From: Acidimicrobiales bacterium
GTDB lineage: Bacteria; Actinomycetota; Acidimicrobiia; Acidimicrobiales; MedAcidi-G1
Direction: 5' to 3'
Length of the DNA: 24,000 bases
Assembly: GCA_029245675.1 (NCBI GenBank)
Contig: JAQWOV010000014.1
Location: 1 to 24,000, forward strand
The position numbers and the translations under genes were made by a program. The notes below the pieces were generated by a model that worked only from the letters and a program-made list of their open reading frames with translations, made no database searches and was not told the DNA's origin. The first letter of the stretch is position 1; each line of letters begins with the position of its first letter. Shown piece by piece: positions 8,012-15,841 of the stretch.

Positions 8012-8920
8012 ATGGATAAGAACTTAGTGCAAAGTGACGCAAGGCTTTTATGTGACGACTTGCCGCCCGTAGGGCCGTTAGCTCTAGGTCTTTGGCGATA
8101 CACCAACACTGATATTGGTCACGCGACAAATCTACTTGAAGCAGCACTAGATCTCGGCATCAACTTGATAGACAATGCCGATGTTTACGGACTTGATTGG
8201 GGTGGAAACGGGTTTGGAGCCTGCGAAGAACTTCTAGGTCAAGTACTTTCAGGAAGCCCTGAATTACGAGACCAAATAGTGTTGGCAACCAAGGGAGGGA
8301 TACAGCCCCCTGTTCCATATAACTCAAGTAGCGAGTACCTCCGAAAGGCTTGTGAAGATTCTCTTCGCCGTATGAATGTTGAACAGATTGACTTGTATCA
8401 AGTGCATCGCCCTGACATGTACACTCATCCAGCTGAAGTCGCTGCAACGCTTGACAGTCTCGTAGAGGAAGAAAAAGTCATCGCTCTCGGTGTTTCAAAT
8501 CACTCACCCAATCAAATAAAAGCATTGCAGGAACATTTAAGGAATCCTCTTATCGCCGTTCAGCCGGAGTTTTCAGCAGTGCATTTAAGCCCTTTACGTG
8601 ACGGGATTCTTGATTTAGCTGCAGAAAGAGATCTCGTTCCACTGGCATGGAGTCCACTAGCAGGAGGAAGCCTGGCTACCGGAGAAGGTATCCCATCAGA
8701 ACTTGCGGCAGTCCTAGATGAATTAGCTAGCCGCGAATCTGTTGATAGAGCAACTATCGCTATCGCATTTGTTTTATCCCACCCAACTTCACCGATTGCG
8801 ATACTTGGAACTCAAACAATTGAAAGACTAGAAAAACTTTCAGAAGCACTCCAAGTGTCTTTAACAAGAGCAGATGTTTATAAAATCATCCAAGCTTCAG
8901 AAGGCGTCCCTCTTCCATGA
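8012..8920 (+). CDS. Aldo/keto reductase (YdhF-like)
   Basis: LIDNADVYG, LATKGGI, IDLYQVHRPD, ALGVSNHSPNQI and PLAWSPLAGG match the AKR superfamily, most like the YdhF group. Confidence 0.88.
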   Translation: MDKNLVQSDARLLCDDLPPVGPLALGLWRYTNTDIGHATNLLEAALDLGINLIDNADVYGLDWGGNGFGACEELLGQVLSGSPELRDQIVLATKGGIQPPVPYNSSSEYLRKACEDSLRRMNVEQIDLYQVHRPDMYTHPAEVAATLDSLVEEEKVIALGVSNHSPNQIKALQEHLRNPLIAVQPEFSAVHLSPLRDGILDLAAERDLVPLAWSPLAGGSLATGEGIPSELAAVLDELASRESVDRATIAIAFVLSHPTSPIAILGTQTIERLEKLSEALQVSLTRADVYKIIQASEGVPLP

Positions 8921-9990
8921 GCGAAACTGTTCGGTATGGAGTAATCGGTACAGGATTGATGGGGATCGAACACATTCATAATCTTCAAGCCCTTCCGGGC
9001 GCAGAGATTGTTGCGGTAGCAGACCCCGATCAAAATTCTCTAAATCACGCCAAATCAATAGTGAACCCTCAAACTGGACTTTTTCAGAACTATAGAGATC
9101 TATTAGAACGAGGGGAATGTGATGCTTTGGTAATCGCTACCCCAAATATGACTCATACTGAAATACTTTTAGAAGTTCTAGAAACAGGATTGCCTGCTTT
9201 GGTGGAGAAACCTTTATGCACCACAGTTTCAGATTGCAAAAAAGTTATAGAGAAAGCAGGCAACCAATCAAAGATTTGGGTGGGTCTTGAATACAGGTAT
9301 ATGCCAGCTATCGCAGAACTCATCAGACAAGTAACAGAAGGCAAAGCTGGACCTATAAGTATGGTGGCGATACGGGAACACAGATTCCCTTTTCTCAAAA
9401 AAGTAGGGGATTGGAACCGATTTAATGACAACACAGGAGGAACACTGGTTGAGAAGTGTTGCCATTTCTTTGACCTGATGCGTCTTATTTCTGGATCAAA
9501 TCCAATCCGAGTATTTGCTTCTGGTGATCAAGACGTCAACCACCTTGACGAGAGTTACGACGGCCGCGTTCCAGATATTCTTGATAACGCCTATGTGATC
9601 GTTGACTTCGAGTCGGGAGCTCGCGGCATGCTAGATCTCTGCATGTTTGCAGAAGCATCTCATAATCAAGAAGAAATTTCAGTTGTTGGATCATTAGGAA
9701 AAATTGAAGCACTTGTTCCCGAATCCTTGGTTCGAACAGGCATAAGAGGAGAACATAGTCTCGGAAATATAGATACAAAGATCACATCTCATTCCGGGAT
9801 CCCATACCAAGGGCATCATTACGGTTCTTCATACATTGAACATGAACATTTCTTGAAATCTGTTCTAGAAAACTCTCCTCCGGAAAGTTCGTTAGAAGAC
9901 GGGTTATGGTCAGTGGCTATGGGAGTAGCAGCCCATCAGTCCATAGAAGAGGGAAGAGCCATAAAAATAGAAGAGGTTATGAGGAACTAG
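8917..9990 (+). CDS. Gfo/Idh/MocA family NAD(P)-dependent oxidoreductase
   Basis: YGVIGTGLMGIEHIHNL Rossmann motif, VIATPNMTH and EKPLCTT. ATGA overlap with the upstream AKR. Confidence 0.9.
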   Translation: MSETVRYGVIGTGLMGIEHIHNLQALPGAEIVAVADPDQNSLNHAKSIVNPQTGLFQNYRDLLERGECDALVIATPNMTHTEILLEVLETGLPALVEKPLCTTVSDCKKVIEKAGNQSKIWVGLEYRYMPAIAELIRQVTEGKAGPISMVAIREHRFPFLKKVGDWNRFNDNTGGTLVEKCCHFFDLMRLISGSNPIRVFASGDQDVNHLDESYDGRVPDILDNAYVIVDFESGARGMLDLCMFAEASHNQEEISVVGSLGKIEALVPESLVRTGIRGEHSLGNIDTKITSHSGIPYQGHHYGSSYIEHEHFLKSVLENSPPESSLEDGLWSVAMGVAAHQSIEEGRAIKIEEVMRN

Positions 9991-11058
9991 ATGCCAACTC
10001 ATGACTCTCTAGAAATATCTTGGTTCGCAGCCCTTTGCGATGATGATTACGAATTTCTTGGCGTTCCAGATCCGTTACTGCAAAGTTCATGGGAACATTG
10101 CAAAAAGATCGTACTTAAAGCTGAGGAACAAGGATTCGACAATATTTTGCTTCCCTCGGGCTATCAGTTAGGGATTGATGGCACAAGTTTTGCTTCTGCT
10201 ATAGCAAACCAAACCAAAAAGATCAGACTGCTACTTGCTGTGCGCACCGGAGAAGTTTGGGCCCCACAGCTAGCTCGTCAGATAGCTTCCATAGATCAGA
10301 TAGCTGGTGGCCGTTTAGACATAAATATTATTTCTAGTGACTTGCCAGGCGAGAAAATAGATTCAGAAGAAAGGTATGAACGCACCACCGAATACATGCA
10401 GGTCTTACGGCAGCTCCTTGATGGCCAAGACATTGACTATCAAGGAGAGTTTATAAAATTACAAATTTCTCCTCCCCGTATCAGGACTATTTCTGGCAGT
10501 TGTCCAGCTTATTATTTTGGAGGATTTTCTGAAAATGCAAAGGAAGTGGCGGCGGCCGAAGCAGACGTGTTTCTCACTTGGCCAGACACAGTCGCGGAGG
10601 TTGACAAGACAATAAAGGAAATGACAGACCGCTCAGCAAAGAAGGGGAGAACTCTGAGATACGGTCTCCGAAGTCATGTCATTGTAAGAGAAACAGAAGC
10701 GGAGGCCCGTAAAGCCGCCGTTCAACTAGTGAGCAAACTTGATGATGGAGTTGGAGCAGAGATACGCAATCGTTCGTTAGATGCAAGTTCGGTTGGAGTA
10801 AGTCGACAAATAGAGTTACGTCAAAGTTCGAATCAAGACGGTTTCGCGGAAGAAGGGCTTTGGACAGGGATTGGGAGAGCTCGCAGCGGAGCAGGTGCAG
10901 CAATAGTTGGGGACCCCGACCAAGTCGTGAGAAAAATTAGGGAATATCAACAAATCGGAATTGAAGCATTCATATTTTCTGGATATCCCCATATAGAGGA
11001 ATGCGAAAAATTTGGGCAACTTGTGTTGCCTCATCTCACTCATCACTCACTTACCTGA
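9991..11058 (+). CDS. LLM class flavin-dependent monooxygenase, SsuD-like (alkanesulfonate/sulfonate monooxygenase family)
   Basis: YYFGGFSENAKEVAAAEADVFLTWPDT, RYGLRSHVIVRETEAEARKAA, LVSKLDD, LWTGIGRARSGAGAAIVGDPDQV and FIFSGYPHIEECEKFGQLVLPHL align well with remembered E. coli SsuD blocks. Confidence 0.85.
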   Translation: MPTHDSLEISWFAALCDDDYEFLGVPDPLLQSSWEHCKKIVLKAEEQGFDNILLPSGYQLGIDGTSFASAIANQTKKIRLLLAVRTGEVWAPQLARQIASIDQIAGGRLDINIISSDLPGEKIDSEERYERTTEYMQVLRQLLDGQDIDYQGEFIKLQISPPRIRTISGSCPAYYFGGFSENAKEVAAAEADVFLTWPDTVAEVDKTIKEMTDRSAKKGRTLRYGLRSHVIVRETEAEARKAAVQLVSKLDDGVGAEIRNRSLDASSVGVSRQIELRQSSNQDGFAEEGLWTGIGRARSGAGAAIVGDPDQVVRKIREYQQIGIEAFIFSGYPHIEECEKFGQLVLPHLTHHSLT

Positions 11059-11083
11059 AGTTGAGAATATTTAGAAAGATAGT

Positions 11084-11182
11084 TTACTTGCCGCGTTGAC
11101 GCTGAGCACGAGTGCGCTTAAGCATCTTGCGATGCTTTTTCTTCCGCATACGTTTACGTCTTTTTTTGATTAAAGATCCCAT
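11084..11182 (-). CDS. Small ribosomal protein bS22 (AURKAIP1/COX24-type, 32 aa)
   Basis: Reverse-strand translation [32 protein letters not shown] is nearly identical to the actinobacterial bS22 consensus [25 protein letters not shown]. Missing from the ORF track because of length. Confidence 0.92.
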   Translation of the reverse strand: [32 protein letters not shown]

Positions 11183-11291
11183 ACCGGCGGATACCGTATC
11201 GTGCAAAGAAGCAGAATTTGCATAAATTGAAGAGTAAATTAATAAAACACTCTGTGATTGGTTATTGAAGCGGTACGATTCAGAACCAGAA

Positions 11292-11364
11292 TGGCCGGTA
11301 GTTCAACTGGCAGAACGCTGGGTTTTGGACCCAGAGGTTGGAGGTTCGATCCCTCCCCGGCCAG
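11292..11364 (+). tRNA. tRNA-Gln (anticodon TTG), CCA not encoded
   Basis: Acceptor TGGCCGG/CCGGCCA, anticodon arm CTGGG-TTTTGGA-CCCAG and T arm GGAGG-TTCGATC-CCTCC. 73 nt with discriminator G. Confidence 0.95.
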
Positions 11365-11390
11365 CTAATACTTGAAAATAATTCAAACTA

Positions 11391-11422
11391 AAAAGCACTT
11401 CCGAAACACGGAAGTGCTTTTT
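11391..11422 (+). terminator. Strong, probably bidirectional, Rho-independent terminator between tRNA-Gln and the convergent lipoprotein gene
   Basis: Perfect 13-bp stem AAAAGCACTTCCG / CGGAAGTGCTTTT with loop AAACA, followed by T-rich sequence. U-tract is also available on the minus strand. Confidence 0.9.
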
Positions 11423-11426
11423 GCTT

Positions 11427-12380
11427 TTAGGTCAGACAGCCAAAAGCTGGTTTGAGGGTATTTTCGCAGTACGTGTATTCAGTGGCGTCGTCAACCCAGG
11501 GTTCTATGACGAGGCTCGAAATGTTGTAATCGTAGGTGCATCCGTTACGCCAAAAAAGTCCAAGGTCTTCATGGTCGATGTAGCTGCTAGTTCCATAATC
11601 GAAGTACCAGAAGTTGTAGTACATGGAACAGTCAGCATCCCAACGGTAACCACATTCCTCTGCAGCTTGCGTATCGCCTTCAGCTAAACCGCCCTCGTTT
11701 AGTTCTGTCCCAAAGCGGTATTGAATCTGTTCGCCTATTTCTTCGAGAGTGACAATGTCAGCTACAGCTTCGCAACGATCTTTGTAATCGATAACGAACT
11801 CGTCTTTAACGAGCCATTGAGAACCATCTTCGGAAAGTTCCCACATATCAACCCAATCACCTAAAACAGTGTCGTAGGTGAACCCGGTAGAAAGCATTGG
11901 GAACCAGTAACGAGTAGGAAGGTCTATGCCAGGGGCGATGAGTTCCTCATCCACATAATGATCTTTTCCGTAGTCCCAAGTCCAAAAGTCGTAGTACTCG
12001 CCGGTTTCTTCGTCGAGGCGGAAACCGCATGTTTCAACGAAACCTAAACAGCGAGCCTGAGGTTCAACGATGTACTCTTCTTTCGTTACCCATTCGGAAC
12101 CATCTTCAGACAGATCCCAAAGATCTACATATGTTCCTACCGAAGAATCCCATCCGTAACCACACTCTGGTAGCAGAGCTTCGCAACGAGCGAGAGGGTC
12201 TGGATCTTCTGAGGTTGACGGGGGAACAAACGTCGACGTTGTTGTCGTTGATGTAGTGCTCGTGGTTGACGTGGAAGTGTTTCCAGAAACAGCTGACGTG
12301 TCAGACGTTGACGTGGAGGAGCAGGACAAAGAGAAAGCTAGTAACACGATGGTTAAAAGTTTTAGTGAATATGTTTTCAT
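11427..12380 (-). CDS. Lipoprotein with four tandem ~40-aa Trp/Tyr/acidic-rich repeats, function unknown
   Basis: Start reassigned to ATG at 12380..12378: MKTYSLKLLTIVLLAFSLSCSSTSTS... Signal peptide and lipobox AFSLSC, Ser/Thr linker, then repeats 'DLWDLSEDGSEWVTKEEYI', 'DFWTWDYGKDHYVDEELI', 'DMWELSEDGSQWLVKDEFV' and 'NFWYFDYGTSSYIDHEDL'. Confidence 0.8.
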   Translation of the reverse strand: MKTYSLKLLTIVLLAFSLSCSSTSTSDTSAVSGNTSTSTTSTTSTTTTSTFVPPSTSEDPDPLARCEALLPECGYGWDSSVGTYVDLWDLSEDGSEWVTKEEYIVEPQARCLGFVETCGFRLDEETGEYYDFWTWDYGKDHYVDEELIAPGIDLPTRYWFPMLSTGFTYDTVLGDWVDMWELSEDGSQWLVKDEFVIDYKDRCEAVADIVTLEEIGEQIQYRFGTELNEGGLAEGDTQAAEECGYRWDADCSMYYNFWYFDYGTSSYIDHEDLGLFWRNGCTYDYNISSLVIEPWVDDATEYTYCENTLKPAFGCLT

Positions 12381-12393
12381 TGTTTTCTTTCTT

Positions 12394-12410
12394 GTATTAG
12401 ATATTAATAC
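12394..12410. promoter_or_regulatory. Candidate operator-like inverted repeat in the divergent intergenic region
   Basis: GTATTA-GATAT-TAATAC: perfect 6-bp half sites with 5-nt spacer, 14 nt upstream of the lipoprotein start codon. Confidence 0.3.
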
Positions 12411-12486
12411 TTTTGGCGTTTGAGAAACTCTGTTAGTTCCCAGAGATAAACAAAAGTTATTTTCTAGTGATGCTTCTTTTTCCAAA

Positions 12487-13347
12487 ATGGTCCATGATGA
12501 ATCTATGGCGGAACTTGAAATTTTCGATAACGGAGTTTCTATTGAACAAATCATTCCTTCGTTAGAGCGTGATGGCGCAGTCATTATCCGAGACCTACTG
12601 TCGGCGGAAGCAACTAGCCAAATTATTGAAGACCTTTCCGAAACGTTAGAGGCAAGTACACCTGGTTCGAAAAGCGGCATAGAAAGTTGGGAAGATTTCC
12701 ATGGGGATAAGACAGTTCGTTTCTGTGGACTTGCGGCAAAAAGCCGAGCGTTCGTAGACCATGCTCTCTTAAATGAATATTTAATAAAAGTATCTGACCA
12801 CTACCTTCTCAAAAGTTGTGCAGACTACTGGTTAAATACTGGACAGGTTATGGTAGTTGGGTCATCAGAGCCTGCCCAATATTTACATAGAGACGAAGAT
12901 AATTGGCCAGAAGCTATGAGTAAAGATCATGAAATAACGTTCAGCTGCATGTATGCACTTTCAGATTTCACAAAAGAAAATGGTGGAACTGTGGTAATTC
13001 CAGGATCACAAAACCGTCCAACAGGTGTAATTAGAGGACTGGAAGTCCCACCAGAAGAGATTGCATATGCAGTGATGCCGGCTGGCAGTGGAATGATTTA
13101 CTCCGGCAAAGTAGTGCATGGCGCAGGATCAAATATTACGGAACAAATGCGTTACGGGATGCATGTGAGTTTCGTGGCAGGGTGGCTACGACCAGAGGAA
13201 GCAAGTCCTTTAGTAATCGATAAAGAGACCGCGGCCACGTTGCCGCCGCGAGCCCGTCAACTCTTAGGCTGGGGTTCCTATCACTCGGTCGGCGGAGGAC
13301 GCACTTGGCTCGTTGACTTTGATGATGCCGATCACCTATTTGATTGA
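12487..13347 (+). CDS. Phytanoyl-CoA dioxygenase (PhyH) family Fe(II)/2-oxoglutarate-dependent oxygenase
   Basis: DGAVIIRDLLS, QYLHRDEDNW (HxD metal motif), NGGTVVIPGSQNRP and GKVVHGAGSNIT (distal His). Confidence 0.85.
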   Translation: MVHDESMAELEIFDNGVSIEQIIPSLERDGAVIIRDLLSAEATSQIIEDLSETLEASTPGSKSGIESWEDFHGDKTVRFCGLAAKSRAFVDHALLNEYLIKVSDHYLLKSCADYWLNTGQVMVVGSSEPAQYLHRDEDNWPEAMSKDHEITFSCMYALSDFTKENGGTVVIPGSQNRPTGVIRGLEVPPEEIAYAVMPAGSGMIYSGKVVHGAGSNITEQMRYGMHVSFVAGWLRPEEASPLVIDKETAATLPPRARQLLGWGSYHSVGGGRTWLVDFDDADHLFD

Positions 13348-13405
13348 ATCAGAAATGCTCCTAGTCTGTAATACACAAGCCACTAGCAAAGGTAAGCGAC
13401 TTTAA

Positions 13406-14386
13406 ATGGAACTAGTTACCCATAAAAATCTTTATTTAGTCGCCGGACGAGTGAGTCAATCTTTGGGTACAGAAATAGCAAATTTAATGGGCGAGGAACT
13501 TGGCGAACCAAACCTTGAAGATTTCGCCAATGGTGAAATACATTGCAAATTCTCTGAATCCATTCGCGGTAGTGACGTTTTCATCATCCAGACTCACTGC
13601 CAAACACCGGACTCCTCCATCAACGATGCCGTGATGGAACAACTCATCATGGTGGATGCAGCGAAACGAGCGTCGGCGAAACGAATAACAGTGGTTTGCC
13701 CCCATTACGGATATGGGCGCCAAGACCGGAAATCAACTGGACGAGAACCTATTACCGCAAAATTATTGGCAAACCTTTTCAAAAGTGCCGGAGCAAGTCG
13801 CCTAGTGGGAATAGATCTTCATTCAGGTCAGATCCAAGGATTCTTTGATGGCCCAGTAGACCACCTTACGGCCATGCCCGTACTCGTAGAACGACTTAAA
13901 GGTTTAGAAGGAGAAATCTCAATAGTTTCTCCAGATGCCGGTCGAGTAAAAGTGGCTGAACGTTACGCAATGCAACTAGGGGCTGATCTCGCGATTGTTC
14001 ATAAACGTAGAAGCCATACAGCTTTCAATACTGTTGAAGCAAAAGAAGTAGTTGGAGATGTTGATGGCAAGACTTGCGTAATTGTTGACGACATGATTGA
14101 TACAGCTGGAACTATTTGTGCGGCATCAGAACAACTGAAAGAAAAAGGCGCAGAACGAGTGATCGCAGCCACCACTCACGGGGTATTTTCTGGCCCAGCC
14201 ATGGAACGCCTCGCTGAGTCATCAATAGAAAAAGTTCTTGTTACCAATACTTTGCCCATGCCCGAAGGGTACGACAATGAATTAATAGAAGTTCTATCAA
14301 TAGCACCACTAGTAGCAGAAGCGTTGCAAGCAGTATTTCAAGATGCTTCAGTAAGCGAAATCTTTGGCGGAGATCATCTGTCATAG
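13406..14386 (+). CDS. prs: Ribose-phosphate pyrophosphokinase
   Basis: NGEIHCKFSESIRGSDVFIIQTHC, PHYGYGRQDRK, IDLHSGQIQGFF, VSPDAGRVKVAE and VIVDDMIDTAGT. Confidence 0.96.
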   Translation: MELVTHKNLYLVAGRVSQSLGTEIANLMGEELGEPNLEDFANGEIHCKFSESIRGSDVFIIQTHCQTPDSSINDAVMEQLIMVDAAKRASAKRITVVCPHYGYGRQDRKSTGREPITAKLLANLFKSAGASRLVGIDLHSGQIQGFFDGPVDHLTAMPVLVERLKGLEGEISIVSPDAGRVKVAERYAMQLGADLAIVHKRRSHTAFNTVEAKEVVGDVDGKTCVIVDDMIDTAGTICAASEQLKEKGAERVIAATTHGVFSGPAMERLAESSIEKVLVTNTLPMPEGYDNELIEVLSIAPLVAEALQAVFQDASVSEIFGGDHLS

Positions 14387-14396
14387 GTAAAGATTC

Positions 14397-14440
14397 AGAC
14401 CGGAATGACCCAATTCTTCGCTAGAATCGTTCATCGGTCT
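14397..14440 (+). promoter_or_regulatory. Structured RNA element between prs and rplY (possible L25 leader or 3' processing hairpin)
   Basis: Three stacked helices AGACCG/CGGTCT, ATGA/TCAT and ATTCT/AGAAT, loop TCGCT. No U-tract after it. Confidence 0.4.
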
Positions 14441-14504
14441 TAATACAAATAGATAAAGATCTATTCGAAACAACAGTTTTGTATATAAATAAGAAAGTTT
14501 TTCA

Positions 14505-15188
14505 ATGGAAGAGATTGTGCTTGCAGCAGATACCGGTCGAAACTCCGGCACACGGACATCAAAACGGCTACGAACAACAGGGAGCATTCCAGGAGTTCTT
14601 TATGGCCTTAGCGACGACTCAATACCCCTATCCGTAAAGTGGCCAGAGTTGCGCCTTGCCCTCACGACTGATGCTGGCGTGAATGCTGTTATCCAACTCG
14701 AAGTAGATGGAAAGCGTCATATGAGTATCGTGAAAGATATTCAACGTCATCCAGTGAGACGAGATGTGATACACGTTGATTTTCTTCGCATTGATCCAAA
14801 TCAGACAGTAACTGTAGATGTTCCAGTCATCATGATAGGAGACGCATTAGAGGTAACTCAGGCCAACGGAATGGTTGATCAAAACCTCTTCTCGCTGACT
14901 GTTGACGCTCCTCCTATGTCCATCCCGAATGAATTTAAAGTCGATATTTCAAGCTTGACGGTTGGAGATGCGATCCGAGTATCAGATATTGGATTACCTG
15001 AAGGCGTTACCACTGAGGCTGATCCTGAAGAAACTGTTGCGGTCGGAATGATCACTCGATCCACACTTGAAGCCATGGCGGCTGAAGAAGCTGCTGCAGC
15101 TGAAGGCGAAGAAGGCGAAGAGGGTCAAGAAGTCGGAGCAGAAGCTTCCAGCGAAGACCAGGGTGACTCCGAAGATTCTGAAGAGTAA
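14505..15188 (+). CDS. rplY: 50S ribosomal protein L25/general stress protein Ctc
   Basis: LRTTGSIPGVLYGL, VKDIQRHPVRRDVIHVDFLRI and acidic C-terminal tail EGEEGEEGQE. Located between prs and pth. Confidence 0.93.
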   Translation: MEEIVLAADTGRNSGTRTSKRLRTTGSIPGVLYGLSDDSIPLSVKWPELRLALTTDAGVNAVIQLEVDGKRHMSIVKDIQRHPVRRDVIHVDFLRIDPNQTVTVDVPVIMIGDALEVTQANGMVDQNLFSLTVDAPPMSIPNEFKVDISSLTVGDAIRVSDIGLPEGVTTEADPEETVAVGMITRSTLEAMAAEEAAAAEGEEGEEGQEVGAEASSEDQGDSEDSEE

Positions 15189-15229
15189 CAGTTTGCACTG
15201 TCGTCCAGCCTCGGTTTGGAGAGGTTGCC

Positions 15230-15841
15230 ATGTTGAGACGCTCATTTAAAAAGAATTCATCTGAATCCAATAGATTCTTAGTCGTTGGCTTAGGTAATCC
15301 AGGCAAAGATTATGACGGGACTCGCCATAACGTTGGAGCTGCTGCAGTTCAAGCACTAGGAATTGCTCATGATTCTCCTCTCAAAAAGTTGAGAGAGCAG
15401 GCGCTTACTAACGAGATATTGATTGATGGCGAAAGAGTCATTCTGGCATTTCCACAAACGTTTATGAATAACTCAGGGCAGTCAGTCTCTGCATTAATGA
15501 GAAAAAATGGTGTCAAAAACCCGGAGAATCTGATTGTCGTCCATGATGAAATGGACATTCCCACTGGCGGTTTACGAATTAAGTCTGGGGGAGGATTAGC
15601 AGGACACAACGGACTTAAATCAATAACTGCTCATTTAAAGACACAAGATTATCTCCGCATACGAATTGGTGTAGGTAAACCGTCTAACAGAAATAAAGGT
15701 GCTAATTACGTACTAAATCGACCGAATAAAGTTGAACAAGAGGAACTTTCAATCGTCATTCAAGAAACAGTCGATGCTATTGAAGCGATAATTAGCGAAG
15801 GCATTGATGTTGCTATGGCAAGATTTAACAGCCGTTCGTGA
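15230..15841 (+). CDS. pth: Peptidyl-tRNA hydrolase
   Basis: FLVVGLGNPGKDYDGTRHNVG, PQTFMNNSG, HDEMDIPTGGLRIKSGGGLAGHNGLKSI and RIRIGVGKP. Confidence 0.95.
   Translation: MLRRSFKKNSSESNRFLVVGLGNPGKDYDGTRHNVGAAAVQALGIAHDSPLKKLREQALTNEILIDGERVILAFPQTFMNNSGQSVSALMRKNGVKNPENLIVVHDEMDIPTGGLRIKSGGGLAGHNGLKSITAHLKTQDYLRIRIGVGKPSNRNKGANYVLNRPNKVEQEELSIVIQETVDAIEAIISEGIDVAMARFNSRS

Noticed and set aside
11292-11364. tRNA-Gln as an integrative element attachment site
   Set aside because: No integrase, no visible duplicated tRNA 3' end, and no phage or plasmid genes in the flanking sequence.
11421-11687. Plus-strand 88-aa ORF
   Set aside because: Antisense to the C-terminal repeats of the lipoprotein and begins inside the terminator. 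No recognisable product.
12381-12680. N-terminal 100 aa extension of the 417-aa minus-strand ORF (11427..12680)
   Set aside because: It overlaps the well-supported PhyH gene on the other strand, has no domain signal, and an ideal lipoprotein signal peptide begins at ATG 12380.
15052-15306. Overlapping short ORFs around rplY 3' end (both strands)
   Set aside because: Low-complexity shadows of the Glu/Ala-rich L25 tail coding sequence.
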